Positions 54,767-64,000 of a stretch of 64,000 nucleotides of DNA are shown here, piece by piece. Below the pieces are notes generated by a model. That model was not told the origin of the DNA. It did no database searches and worked only from the letters and a program-made list of their open reading frames with translations. This DNA comes from Bryobacterales bacterium. GTDB taxonomy: Bacteria > Acidobacteriota > Terriglobia > Bryobacterales > UBA6623. A program made the translations under genes and the position numbers. How positions within the stretch are numbered: the first letter of the stretch is position 1; the number at the start of each line of letters is the position of its first letter. The DNA is taken from assembly GCA_965217195.1 (NCBI GenBank), contig CBDCHL010000003.1:157260-221259 (forward strand), given 5' to 3'.

Positions 54767-57448
54767 CTACCGGAAAACATCCAGCAGGCGACCGAAGAGA
54801 CCCTTCTTCTGCTTAGGCGATTCCTCCTCGCGAGGCGCCGGAGGCCGCTCCGACAGCGGACCGCGCACACGTCCCATCGGGCGCCGGTTCCCACTACCGG
54901 CCTGCACGAGTTCGGCCTCCGATTCCCTTCGCCGCGGCGAGTTGTCCCATCCCGCCACGTTTGTCGCCAACAGCGTGCGCCGGCCTTGTCCGCCATGGAG
55001 GCGGCAATACTGCATCGGCTGAGAACCGGCGATGAAAACCTCGGTGCGCCGCTCCGGGCATTGGTAGGTCGCGATCTCCTGCGTCACCGGGTCCACGCCG
55101 AGCGTAACGATGCCCTCTACCGGCTCGAACTGCTCTGGGTTCCTGTATGCACGCAATTCGTGCGCGCGCTTCATGAATTCAGTCCAAATTGGAAGTGCCG
55201 ATTTCGAACCTTCGACTTTGAGGTCGGTATTGTCATCGAACCCGACCCATACGATGCACAACAGGTTCGACGTGAAACCGGCAAACCAGCCGTCATCGTC
55301 GGTTCCGGTCTTGCCGGCGGCCGGTTCGGTGAAACCCATGCCCCGCACTCGAACGGCGGTTCCTCGGCGAATAACGTCTTGGAGCATGTGCGTGACGACG
55401 TAAGCAACCCGCGGGTCAATCACTTGCTTGCCTTGCGGCTGATTCCGCACCAACGGCAAACCGGTGCGGTCGCGCACGCTTCGCACAAAGTACGGCGTCA
55501 TCATCTCGCCGCCGTTGGCAAACGCCGTATAGGCACCCGCGATTTCGAGTGGCGTTGCTTCGTAGGCACCGAGCGCTATCGCCGGTGTCGGCAGGATCTC
55601 CTCGCCCAAGCCCACCCGTCGCGCTATCTCCGCCACTCGGTCGAAGCCGACTAGCTCGCCAACTTTTACCGTCGCGATGTTCAACGACTTATAAAGTGCA
55701 CGGCGAAGCGTCACTTCGCCGTAAATCTTGTTGGCGAAATTCGACGGCTCGTAGTACTGGTCGTCGAAGTGGAAGGTCGTGGGCACGTCGTCGACCGTTG
55801 AGATCGGCGTCAGTACGAGTTTCGGCGCGAAACCTTCGTGAAGAACCGGGATGACCTCCGCCTCAGCGGGTTCTGGCTCGGGCTTGGCTTCGGCTTCCCA
55901 CTCCTCGCCGTCCTCCCAGTCCTCCTCTTCTTCGTCGATGAATTCGTCCTCGACCGCCGTTCCAACAGCCGCGGCGTACACAAAGGGCTTGAATGCCGAG
56001 CCGGGCTGCCTGTCGGCCAGCGCTCGGTTGAGCTGACTCAACCCGTAATTTCGTCCGCCCACGACGGCTTTCACCTCGCCGGTCTTCGGGTCCAGCGCCA
56101 CGAGCGCTGCCTGAGCCTCCGGGGGCGTCTTGCCTCGAAAGCGCTTCTGCCTGGCCACCCGCTCATCGACCTCCGCCATACCGATTCGCACCGCTTCGGC
56201 GGCCGCTTTCTGTAACTCCGTGTCGAGAGTCGTATAAACCCAGTAAGACTGCGTAATCAGCTCATCGGAAGTGAACCAATCCTGAAGTCGGTCGTTTACC
56301 AGATCCACGAAGTAGGGCGCCGAACTGGACTCGATCTTGCCGATGGCCAATTGCAATTTCTCACGGTCGGCTTGCTCGAACTCCACGTCGTTGATGACAC
56401 CGTCACGCAGCATCGCCCGCAGCACGCTGCGGCGGCGCGTCGTCGCGCGCTCGGGATGGCGATACGGATTCAAATAGCTGGGCCGCTGGATCAAGCCGGC
56501 CAGCAAGGCCGCTTCGCCCAGCGTCAACTCGCGGGTGTCCTTATCGAAATAAGCTCGCGCCGCCTCGCCCATCCCGAGGACGTTGAAGCTGCCGCGGCGT
56601 CCTAGGTTGACCTGGTTGACGTAAAGCTCGAGGATCTTTTCCTTGCTGAGCCGCGTCTCGAGTTGCATGGCGATCAGCAGCTCGGCCAGTTTGCGCGCAT
56701 ACGTCTGCTCCGGCGTTAGGAAGAAACCGCGGGCGAGCTGTTGGGTCAACGTCGAGGTTCCGCGCGGCCGGCGGCCTTGCACGACGTAGCCGTCATACGC
56801 CGCTTTTGCCGTACGGATGAAGTCGAAGCCGTAGTGGCCGTAAAAGCGATGGTCTTCAATCGCCACGACAGCGTCGATGAGCACCTGCGGAATCTCTTCG
56901 TGCGTCAAGATCCGTCGCTTGGAGCGGTCGTGGTCGAACAGGTTCGTGATTAGCTCAGGCTCGAGTTCATAGACCGTCTGCGGGTTGTTGTCGCTGAGCG
57001 AGACGATCCGCGTCACTACCCCTTCACTGAAGTACAAAACCGCCGGCTCTTGGCGGAAATAAGACATCGCGCCCGGATAGATCTCCAAACTGTCTTGCTT
57101 AGTCAGAAAATGACCGATGCGGTTGTGGCGCGATTCCGAGTACCCGGCTTTGCGCAACAGCGACAGGACCTCCTCGGGCGTGATCTCGTCGCCTACGTAG
57201 ATCGCTTGCGGAGCGGCAAGAATCTTCGAGGTCCGATTGAAAGGCCCGCGCGCCAGTTTGGCGTCGATGACCTTCTCGTATTTCCAGTAGAAATGGCTGA
57301 ACGCCGCCGCGCACGCGATGACGATGATCAGCATCAACGCGGCCGTAACTTTGCCGAAGGGGGTTTTGGCGAAGCGACCGACTCGCCTCAGGGTCGCCAA
57401 AAACCGGCCGCCCTTGCCCGAGCCGCGAGACCGTTTCTTGCGAGGCAT
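54767..57448 (-). CDS. mrcA: penicillin-binding protein 1A-type bifunctional transglycosylase/transpeptidase
   Basis: GT51 motifs are EDHRFYGHYGFD and RGTSTLTQQLAR. Transpeptidase motifs are SAFKPFVY and KTGT. It has an N-terminal TM anchor. Confidence 0.9.
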   Translation of the reverse strand: MPRKKRSRGSGKGGRFLATLRRVGRFAKTPFGKVTAALMLIIVIACAAAFSHFYWKYEKVIDAKLARGPFNRTSKILAAPQAIYVGDEITPEEVLSLLRKAGYSESRHNRIGHFLTKQDSLEIYPGAMSYFRQEPAVLYFSEGVVTRIVSLSDNNPQTVYELEPELITNLFDHDRSKRRILTHEEIPQVLIDAVVAIEDHRFYGHYGFDFIRTAKAAYDGYVVQGRRPRGTSTLTQQLARGFFLTPEQTYARKLAELLIAMQLETRLSKEKILELYVNQVNLGRRGSFNVLGMGEAARAYFDKDTRELTLGEAALLAGLIQRPSYLNPYRHPERATTRRRSVLRAMLRDGVINDVEFEQADREKLQLAIGKIESSSAPYFVDLVNDRLQDWFTSDELITQSYWVYTTLDTELQKAAAEAVRIGMAEVDERVARQKRFRGKTPPEAQAALVALDPKTGEVKAVVGGRNYGLSQLNRALADRQPGSAFKPFVYAAAVGTAVEDEFIDEEEEDWEDGEEWEAEAKPEPEPAEAEVIPVLHEGFAPKLVLTPISTVDDVPTTFHFDDQYYEPSNFANKIYGEVTLRRALYKSLNIATVKVGELVGFDRVAEIARRVGLGEEILPTPAIALGAYEATPLEIAGAYTAFANGGEMMTPYFVRSVRDRTGLPLVRNQPQGKQVIDPRVAYVVTHMLQDVIRRGTAVRVRGMGFTEPAAGKTGTDDDGWFAGFTSNLLCIVWVGFDDNTDLKVEGSKSALPIWTEFMKRAHELRAYRNPEQFEPVEGIVTLGVDPVTQEIATYQCPERRTEVFIAGSQPMQYCRLHGGQGRRTLLATNVAGWDNSPRRRESEAELVQAGSGNRRPMGRVRGPLSERPPAPREEESPKQKKGLFGRLLDVFR

Positions 57449-57502
57449 CAGGTCGTATTCGGCCGCCGGCCGGGGAGAGAAGATAGGACCGAAGAAGTCG
57501 GT

Positions 57503-59236
57503 CTAGGAAGCTGCGGGAAGGGCTGCCTGGACCTTTTCTTGAACCTTGACGGCAGCTTCTTCGAGTGTAACATCGGTCGATAGACGTGTCGACCGCTCGC
57601 TCAGTTCCACCAAGCCGTCGCCGACTTTCTTGCCGATTGTGACCCGGAAGGGGATTCCGATCAACTCGGCATCCTTGAATTTCACGCCCGCGCGCTCCGC
57701 GCGATCGTCAAGCAGCACATCGAGACCGAGATCGAGACAGCTTGCGTAAAGCTTCTCGGCCGCTTCACGCTGCTCGTCATTCTTGAGGTTTACCGGAGTA
57801 ATCACCACTTCGAAAGGCGCGATCGAGACGGGCAGCGCCATGCCGGCTTCGTCGTGGTTTTGTTCGATGACACCGCTCAAAATGCGCTCGAGGCCGATGC
57901 CGTACGATCCCATGATCGGCGCGACTTCCTTGCCGTCTTTGTCCAGGACGCGCAAACCCATGGACTCGGAATACTTGTAGCCGAGCTGGAAAATGTGGCC
58001 GACCTCAATGCATTTCTTGAGCCCGAGCGCCTTCCCGCATCGAGGACAACCGTCGCCCGGCTCGACCTCGCGCAGGTCCTCGAAGCGGGCCTCGAAGTCG
58101 CGACCCGGCGTGACGTTTTTCAGATGCCGGTCATCTCGATTCGCGCCCGCAATGAGGTTGCGCCTACCGTCGAGTGCTTTGTCGGCGATGACATCCATAT
58201 CCGACACGCCAACCGGGCCGATCGAACCGACTCCCGCCCCGAAGCATTCCTGAACTTCTTCCGGTTGCGCCGGCCGCGCCTCGCCGGACGAAACCACGGT
58301 CGATAGCTTGGCTTGGTTGAGCTGGTGATCGCCCCGCAGCAGCAAGAGCAGGGGTTTCGGCCCGCCCTCCTGGGGAATGACCATGACGAGGCTCTTGATG
58401 TGTGAAGACTCGGGCAGCCTGTCGAAGGCCGCCACCTCGGCGATCGTCTTCTTACCGGGTGTTTCGAACTCTTCAGGAGGCCCGTCCCCCGCCGGGTCCG
58501 CGACTGCCGGGACCCGCGGGGTCGACTCTGCCTTCTCGAGATTCGCCGAATAGCCGCACGAACCGCAAACCACCACCACGTCCTCGCCCGCCTCCGAGGG
58601 CAAGACGAATTCATGGGACTTACTGCCACCCATCGCCCCGGAATGCGCTTCGACGGCGAGATAGTCCAACCCGCTGCGCGAAAAAATGCGGCAATAAGCC
58701 CCGTGATGCTTTTGGTAGCTGACTTCCAGCCCTTCGGCATCCATATCGAACGAATATGAATCCTTCATCGTGAATCGCCGCACGCGCATCAGCCCCGACT
58801 TAGGGCGCGGTTCGTCACGAAACTTCACCTGAATTTGGTACCAAAGCTGCGGCAGTTGCTTATAGCTGCGCAACTCGCCTCGGGCAATTGTGGTCATGAC
58901 CTCTTCCTCGGTCATACCGAGACATAGATCCCGTCCCCAACGGTCTTGGAGACGAAACATGTCCTTGCCCATCGTTTCCCAGCGCCCGCTCTCACGCCAC
59001 ACTTCGGCCGGGTGCATCTCGGGCAAATGAAATTCTTGCGCCCCGATGGCGTCCATTTCTTCGCGCACAATTCGCTCGATCTTCAACAACGAACGCTTGG
59101 CCAAGAAAAGATAACTATAAATTCCCGCCGCGAGTTGGCGAATGTAGCCCGCCCTCAGCAGCAGTTGATGGCTCGGCGCCTCGGCTTCCGAAGGCGTGTC
59201 GCGAAGGGTAGGGATGAAAAGCCGACTCCAGCGCAT
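57503..59236 (-). CDS. proS: proline--tRNA ligase
   Basis: ATG 59236 gives MRWSRLFIPTLRDTPSEAEAPSHQLLLRAGYIRQL. Class II motifs and a ProRS editing-domain-sized insert are present. Confidence 0.9.
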   Translation of the reverse strand: MRWSRLFIPTLRDTPSEAEAPSHQLLLRAGYIRQLAAGIYSYLFLAKRSLLKIERIVREEMDAIGAQEFHLPEMHPAEVWRESGRWETMGKDMFRLQDRWGRDLCLGMTEEEVMTTIARGELRSYKQLPQLWYQIQVKFRDEPRPKSGLMRVRRFTMKDSYSFDMDAEGLEVSYQKHHGAYCRIFSRSGLDYLAVEAHSGAMGGSKSHEFVLPSEAGEDVVVVCGSCGYSANLEKAESTPRVPAVADPAGDGPPEEFETPGKKTIAEVAAFDRLPESSHIKSLVMVIPQEGGPKPLLLLLRGDHQLNQAKLSTVVSSGEARPAQPEEVQECFGAGVGSIGPVGVSDMDVIADKALDGRRNLIAGANRDDRHLKNVTPGRDFEARFEDLREVEPGDGCPRCGKALGLKKCIEVGHIFQLGYKYSESMGLRVLDKDGKEVAPIMGSYGIGLERILSGVIEQNHDEAGMALPVSIAPFEVVITPVNLKNDEQREAAEKLYASCLDLGLDVLLDDRAERAGVKFKDAELIGIPFRVTIGKKVGDGLVELSERSTRLSTDVTLEEAAVKVQEKVQAALPAAS

Positions 59237-59518
59237 GATCGTGACCGTTTGGACCCGGCACGCGGCCGGAAACAAAGAGCGGCGGGTGCCGGCCCGCCGT
59301 CAGTGCCCAAGATTCGCGAGCAGCCGATGAAGAACGTCCTCTCGCGAAAAACGCTCATTGTAGCACGCGGAAATTGCGAGCTTATGAACGTCTTCGCGGG
59401 ACGCTCAAGGTGTATTATCATGCGGAAGTCTTCTGTCGGGGCGGGGCAACCGCGGGCTCTCTGAAAAACCGACGTCGGGCTCAGTAACGCCCTCCAGCCT
59501 CCAGCCGAAACAACCGCC

Positions 59519-60775
59519 ATGGCCGCGCCGGAAGCCATTCGGGATCGCGTCGGACACGCACAGGGTTCCGCCAAACTTGAGTCTCCCATCAAGCCGGAAA
59601 AGGCGCCCCTGCGCATCGGCATCGACATTCGGCGCTTGGGCGATTTCGGTGTAGGCGCCTACATCAACAACCTCGTTCACGCACTCCGCCGAGCTGAAAC
59701 CCCCTCCACAAGCTACGTTCTGATCGGCAACGAGGGCCAATTCGAACGATTGGGCCCCCTGGGCCCGAACTTCGAGTCACAAATCTACCCCCGCCGTTTC
59801 AACTCCCGCCGCAGTCATTTCGACTTTCTGCTAGGCCTACGCGGGCTCCAGTTGAACGTCTTCCATATGCCCCATCGTTGGGTGCCCTATTTTCTGCCGG
59901 GACCCTATGTGGCGACCCTGCACGATATCAACAACATCCTGTTCCCGGAAGAGGACCCTTCTTCGTCGCCCGAACGCGTACGGCGCCACATGTTGGCCCG
60001 CGGCTTGCGGCGGGCGGCGCGAGTGATCGCGGTCTCGGAGGCGACCAAGCGCGACGCCGTCACCCACCTGGGGCTTTCCCCCGATCGCATCGAAGTCGTC
60101 CACAACGCCATCGACGAACAGGTCGGCCGGCCGGTCACCGACAATGAGCGGATTGAGGTACTGCACCGCTACCAGATCCGAGGTCCCTTCGTGCTCTATA
60201 CGGGGCGCATCCAGCCGCACAAGAACATCCCCCGCCTGATCGAAGCCTTCGCGGTAGCGAAAGCAGAGCTGGAGAAGCGGCCCGAATACAGCGAGCTGAC
60301 GCTCATCGTCATCGGAGATCAATCCGATGCGTTCCCTGCTGTGCGCCATGCTGTGATGCGCTCGCGCGTTCAGCAATCGGTGCGATTTCTGGGATTTGTT
60401 CCGGTCGAAACCCTGCGTTGTTTCTACGAAGCGGCAACCGCCTTTCTGTTTCCCTCCCTGTACGAAGGTTTCGGTCTGCCGCCCCTCGAAGCAATGGCCC
60501 ACGGTACCCCGGTCATCACTTCGAATCTTTCTTCGATGCCCGAGGCTGTCGGGGATGCGGCCGTGTTGGTGAACCCCGAAAACGTCTTCGAAATCGCGCG
60601 CGGCTTGCAACGTGTTCTGCTCGACGAAACTCTTCGAGAGCAGCTTAGGAGGCGCGGACGAGAACAGGTAGCTCGCTTTAGCTGGGACCAGTCAGCGCGT
60701 CGCGTGCTTGCTATTTACCATCAGGTCGGGAGGGATCAATATCACGTTCGAATTCAACGAGCGAGGGCTGAATAG
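59519..60775 (+). CDS. GT4-family glycosyltransferase
   Basis: It has YTGRIQPHKNIPRLIEAF and FPSLYEGFGLPPLEAMAHGTPVITS. Confidence 0.8.
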   Translation: MAAPEAIRDRVGHAQGSAKLESPIKPEKAPLRIGIDIRRLGDFGVGAYINNLVHALRRAETPSTSYVLIGNEGQFERLGPLGPNFESQIYPRRFNSRRSHFDFLLGLRGLQLNVFHMPHRWVPYFLPGPYVATLHDINNILFPEEDPSSSPERVRRHMLARGLRRAARVIAVSEATKRDAVTHLGLSPDRIEVVHNAIDEQVGRPVTDNERIEVLHRYQIRGPFVLYTGRIQPHKNIPRLIEAFAVAKAELEKRPEYSELTLIVIGDQSDAFPAVRHAVMRSRVQQSVRFLGFVPVETLRCFYEAATAFLFPSLYEGFGLPPLEAMAHGTPVITSNLSSMPEAVGDAAVLVNPENVFEIARGLQRVLLDETLREQLRRRGREQVARFSWDQSARRVLAIYHQVGRDQYHVRIQRARAE

Positions 60776-61084
60776 GCAGCGTTATTGCATGCCCCTCATC
60801 GAACTCGAGCCCGGTCCAATGTGAAGTGGAGATCAGCCGGCAGACCGGCTGAGAGCCGGCCGGCCGGTACCGTTGACTAGGACCGGCACGAAAGGCCGCG
60901 GGCTGTTTGAGCCCTGCCCCGAAAATGGGGAGGACGCAGGTCTGGCGAAAAGCGCCCAGACCTGAGCTACCGGGGGGACCCGCCTTGGGTTGGCGGCCCA
61001 TCTTCATGTTTTGTTGTGGCCTGAATGACCCTGAAAATGTAGAAACTCCTGGGACCGGCACGAGGGCCGGTCGTCACCCGCGGC

Positions 61085-62281
61085 TTACGTAGATTCGACG
61101 AAGTCGGAGACGTCCATCGCGTAGAGGGCGGGCTCTCCCTCACGATCGGTGACATAGTAAACCCATTTACTGTCGGGCGAAAAGATGGGTTCGGGGCAGG
61201 CGGCAAAGGGATCGTGGCGTTTCGAGCCGGCGATGGGGTAGGGCTTGCAGCCGGCGCCGTGCTCGGCCATCGTGATCTCCCGTCCCAATCTTGGAAAGAG
61301 CAGATAGATGTTCGGTCCGGTGATGCTGCGACTGGCGCCGACGATCGCCGAGCCGTCGGCGTTCGGGCTGAGCCATCCGAAGTTCGAGCAGCGAGACAGC
61401 GTTCGCTCGCGGCCGGTCTTGGGGTCTACGCAGCGGACCTCGGCTGCTCGACCCGAGGCATCGGGAAAGAAAGCGTAGCAGACCTCGCGTCCGCTGGGCG
61501 ACCAATAGGCGTGGCCGATCTGCTCGTCCCCTTGCCGCGGCCGTAAGTTTCTCTTGTAGCGGCCGTCGAATGAGACATAGCGCAAGCGGCCGTCAACGCG
61601 GCCCCACGGGCCTTCACGGGCGTAGAGCAAGTCCCTCGAGCGCGGCCGAAAGCGGGGATGACTGAGCCAGTGGTCCTCCTCGGTTACGGTATGGGCCTTT
61701 TTGCTCGCGACTTCGACCACTTGAATGCGGCAGCGCGGGCGACGCTCGAACTGGGATTCGTAGTCATCGACTTGCCGGCCGGCCTGCATCTCGACGAGCG
61801 CCGCGAAGCGCTCGTCGGCGGACAGCGAGAGGTGTCCGGTAGCACGCCAACCGGAGGGAGTCCGATATAAGGTCCGTGCCCTTCCGCCGCGAGAAGAAGC
61901 CTCGAGCAGTGAATCTCGTTGTAGATAGAAGAAGTTGCGCCCGCGACGATCGAGAACGGCCGAATAGGAATGCACGCCGCCGCCTTCGGTGAGTTGGACC
62001 ATGTCGCCGTCGGGAAGATTCAGACGGTAGATTTGCCGGTTTCCCGATCGTTCCGATGCGGCCAGCAGGAAGGAATGATTCCGTGCAATCGAGCGGTGGT
62101 GGTAGTGGGGCAAGTGGTGCAGGATCGACGGGTCGGAAAAGCGAATGATTTTTCGCCCGGTCAACGGATCTTCGAGCTCTACCTTTTCGGACGCAATCTT
62201 GAGGCCGCGCCGGGCCGGCATGACTGCAGCGCGTAGAGAAACGGCCGCGGCGAAGAAACCCCTGCGAGTCCATCGACTCAT
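61085..62281 (-). CDS. Tat-signal beta-propeller protein, oligogalacturonate-lyase-family-like
   Basis: The Tat-like start is MSRWTRRGFFAAAV. The TolB-like blade pattern ...NRQIYRLNLPDGDMVQLTEG... resembles the Ogl-type family as I remember it. Confidence 0.45.
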   Translation of the reverse strand: MSRWTRRGFFAAAVSLRAAVMPARRGLKIASEKVELEDPLTGRKIIRFSDPSILHHLPHYHHRSIARNHSFLLAASERSGNRQIYRLNLPDGDMVQLTEGGGVHSYSAVLDRRGRNFFYLQRDSLLEASSRGGRARTLYRTPSGWRATGHLSLSADERFAALVEMQAGRQVDDYESQFERRPRCRIQVVEVASKKAHTVTEEDHWLSHPRFRPRSRDLLYAREGPWGRVDGRLRYVSFDGRYKRNLRPRQGDEQIGHAYWSPSGREVCYAFFPDASGRAAEVRCVDPKTGRERTLSRCSNFGWLSPNADGSAIVGASRSITGPNIYLLFPRLGREITMAEHGAGCKPYPIAGSKRHDPFAACPEPIFSPDSKWVYYVTDREGEPALYAMDVSDFVEST

Positions 62282-62416
62282 CGATTAGTCATGGTAGCAT
62301 CGGGCTCACCGTGCCCCTGGTGTCGCGGAGGCCTCGCCTTGCCGGGATTAACGCAGCCGGCTCGGTCGACCATTTAACAAAACATGGTCGCTATGTTTTA
62401 TCCTTGTTCACAGCGG

Positions 62417-64000
62417 ATGAGAGTTTTTCCGAAGGTCCGGTTTCGGGAGGTGACGACCGTGCGCCTGCTTCGGCAGCTTCGATTCTTGCTTTGCTGCGGT
62501 CTCTTGCTCGTAGTTCCGGCGGCCGCTACCGATCTCCTCGTTGTCTTCGGCGAAGGCGACACGGCCGCGATCTACGACGCCGATACGTTCGCGTTGCTGG
62601 GCACGCCGACGGTCGGCGAAGGCGCGTTGCGGGCCTTAGGGATTCCCGACCCCGCGGATCCGGACAAGCTTCTCAAGATCGTAATCCTGACGGAGAGCTC
62701 GCTGGTCGTTCTCAGTCCCGAGCCTCCTTTCCCGGTGTTGGGCTCCAGCCTACTCGCGGACAGCGTGGTGAACCCACGGGCGCACGCGGTCCTCACGCCG
62801 GACGCTTCAAGATTGTTGGTCCTATCGGGGAGCTTTATACACGTTTTCGACACGGCAACCCCGGGCGCCCCGGCACCGCTGTCGCTTTCGCTACAAAGCG
62901 CAGGTACGGGCGTAGCCGTTCGGATCGACGGCGAGCGAGCGTATATCTCGCGCGCCGATTCGACGAAGTTGCGGCTCCTCAACCTGACATCTACTCCGCC
63001 GCAGTTTCTGAGTGGGCCGCCCGACCTTCCGGCCGAAGCGCTGGGGCTGGTTGGAGCTCCAAACGGTTTCGCGATCTATGCCTTAGCCAACGACTCCATT
63101 TTTGAAATCGATCCGTTTGCAAACAAGATCACGGCTGAAATCGAAACGCTCGAACCGGCTCCTGGGGCATTCCTGTTTGACCCTGACGCGCCGATCGAGA
63201 CAGCGTTCTTCGAACAGGAAAGCTCGATCATCACGTACTCGATGCCCAATCATTCCCTGGAGGACGTCTTCTTCACGACCAGCGACGTCGTAGAGTCGAT
63301 TTCCCCCGGTCAGGGCCTGATTCACGTCCTAACCGAATTCAAAGGGCGGCTTTTCAAGATCGATCGCGATGCGAAGCTCCAGCTGCCGATCGACAATCCC
63401 GATACGGGGTTCCCGTTCACGGGGGCGGCGGTGGATATGCAGCTTGGCGCGGGGGGACAAACCCTCTACGTCGCGTTCCGCGGCCCCGGCGCGATCATTC
63501 GTATGGATGCCGCGGCGACCACGATTCTGGATGATTGGGATCTTCCCGCCGCGCCGAGCGGCATCGACGTGGTTGTGCTGCCGGGCACGACCGCGACCAC
63601 GCTCGAGGTTTACGGGGGCGATCAGCAGATCGGCGAAACCGGCAAGGCCTTTGCCATGCCTCTGGCCGTCCGTGTGCTTGGGGCGGACCTGAGGCCGGTG
63701 ATGGGCCAGACGGTCGAATTCAGCAGCGACGAGCCGAGCGTTATATTCGATCCTGCTGAAGCGGTCAGCGATGCGAATGGCGTGGCGCACACGCGGGCGA
63801 CTCCGGGGACCAAAGAGATCTTCGAGGTCGATGCTCTGATCGAGCCCGCGGATGAAAAAGTAACGTTTCAGCTCAATACAGCGCCGGCAGATCGAGACGG
63901 ACTGATCAAGATTGACGGGGACTTTCAATACATCCTGCAGAACAGTCCGTTCCCGTTCCCGCTGGTCGTGGAAGCGCGGGAGAACGGCGCACCCCTGGAA
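62417..64000 (+). CDS. secreted protein with bacterial Ig-like (Big_1-type) domain(s), 3' end beyond the window edge
   Basis: Absent from the ORF track because it has no stop before 64000. My translation from ATG 62417 gives MRVFPKVRFREVTTVRLLRQLRFLLCCGLLLVVPAAATD... It continues to ...LEVYGGDQQIGETGKAFAMPLAVRVLGADLRPVMGQTVEFSSDEPSVIFDPAEAVSDANGVAHTRATPG, an Ig-like pattern. No frame-2 ORF is listed here, which is consistent with an open frame. Confidence 0.7.
   Translation, partial: MRVFPKVRFREVTTVRLLRQLRFLLCCGLLLVVPAAATDLLVVFGEGDTAAIYDADTFALLGTPTVGEGALRALGIPDPADPDKLLKIVILTESSLVVLSPEPPFPVLGSSLLADSVVNPRAHAVLTPDASRLLVLSGSFIHVFDTATPGAPAPLSLSLQSAGTGVAVRIDGERAYISRADSTKLRLLNLTSTPPQFLSGPPDLPAEALGLVGAPNGFAIYALANDSIFEIDPFANKITAEIETLEPAPGAFLFDPDAPIETAFFEQESSIITYSMPNHSLEDVFFTTSDVVESISPGQGLIHVLTEFKGRLFKIDRDAKLQLPIDNPDTGFPFTGAAVDMQLGAGGQTLYVAFRGPGAIIRMDAAATTILDDWDLPAAPSGIDVVVLPGTTATTLEVYGGDQQIGETGKAFAMPLAVRVLGADLRPVMGQTVEFSSDEPSVIFDPAEAVSDANGVAHTRATPGTKEIFEVDALIEPADEKVTFQLNTAPADRDGLIKIDGDFQYILQNSPFPFPLVVEARENGAPLE

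Noticed and set aside
60830-60965. Cluster of GC-rich hairpins (CAGCCGG-CAGA-CCGGCTG at 60834-60851; CAGGTCTGG..CCAGACCTG at 60937-60964) between convergent genes as a candidate sRNA.
   Set aside because: Its position between two convergent 3' ends makes bidirectional terminator or stabiliser hairpins the simplest reading. There is no promoter-like sequence or recognisable RNA family.
62311-63105. 264-aa plus-strand ORF from the track.
   Set aside because: It is rich in Arg/Ser/Gly and does not look like a protein. The overlapping frame-2 ORF starting at 62417 has a signal peptide and Ig-like domain pattern and stays open to the window end.

Overview
High-GC bacterial chromosomal window, roughly 60-65% GC by eye. 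The gene content looks Acidobacteriota-like, which is inference only: a Ser/Thr kinase fused to a TolB-type propeller, Tat-signal Gfo/Idh/MocA oxidoreductases, SMP-30 lactonases and a sulfatase. The stretch 44-62 kb is ordinary housekeeping (lnt, larB, Xer-type recombinase, rho, PBP1A, proS, glycosyltransferase). Two accessory patches stand out. Patch 1 (11.5-16.7 kb) holds an orphan blaI-like repressor, a 7-bp tandem repeat, a frameshifted and truncated reverse-transcriptase remnant, an IS630-family insertion that splits a small secreted-protein gene, a secreted protein made of six 53-aa repeats, and a REP-like double hairpin. Patch 2 (32.8-44.1 kb) holds an orphan Phd/YefM antitoxin, a lower-GC block of about 3.9 kb, a diverged 3' fragment of moxR, a sulfatase and isochorismatase pair, the intact moxR, and a second identical IS630 copy splitting a CpxP/Spy-like gene. 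Two unrelated families of ~190-bp inverted-repeat elements without ORFs occur twice each (21964/25409 and 33188/34428). The best candidate for an undescribed system is the lower-GC block at 33.2-37.0 kb. It carries an overlapping two-gene operon: a 199-aa protein of unknown family, then a 525-aa protein with an N-terminal Mrr/PD-(D/E)xK-like nuclease signature and about 370 unassigned residues. Next to it is a 2-TM protein gene bracketed by direct copies of one of the repeat elements. I saw no rRNA, tRNA, tmRNA or CRISPR array. Two genes run off the window edges and are absent from the ORF track (1-1333 minus, 62417-64000 plus). All family calls come from motif recognition by eye. No database search was run.
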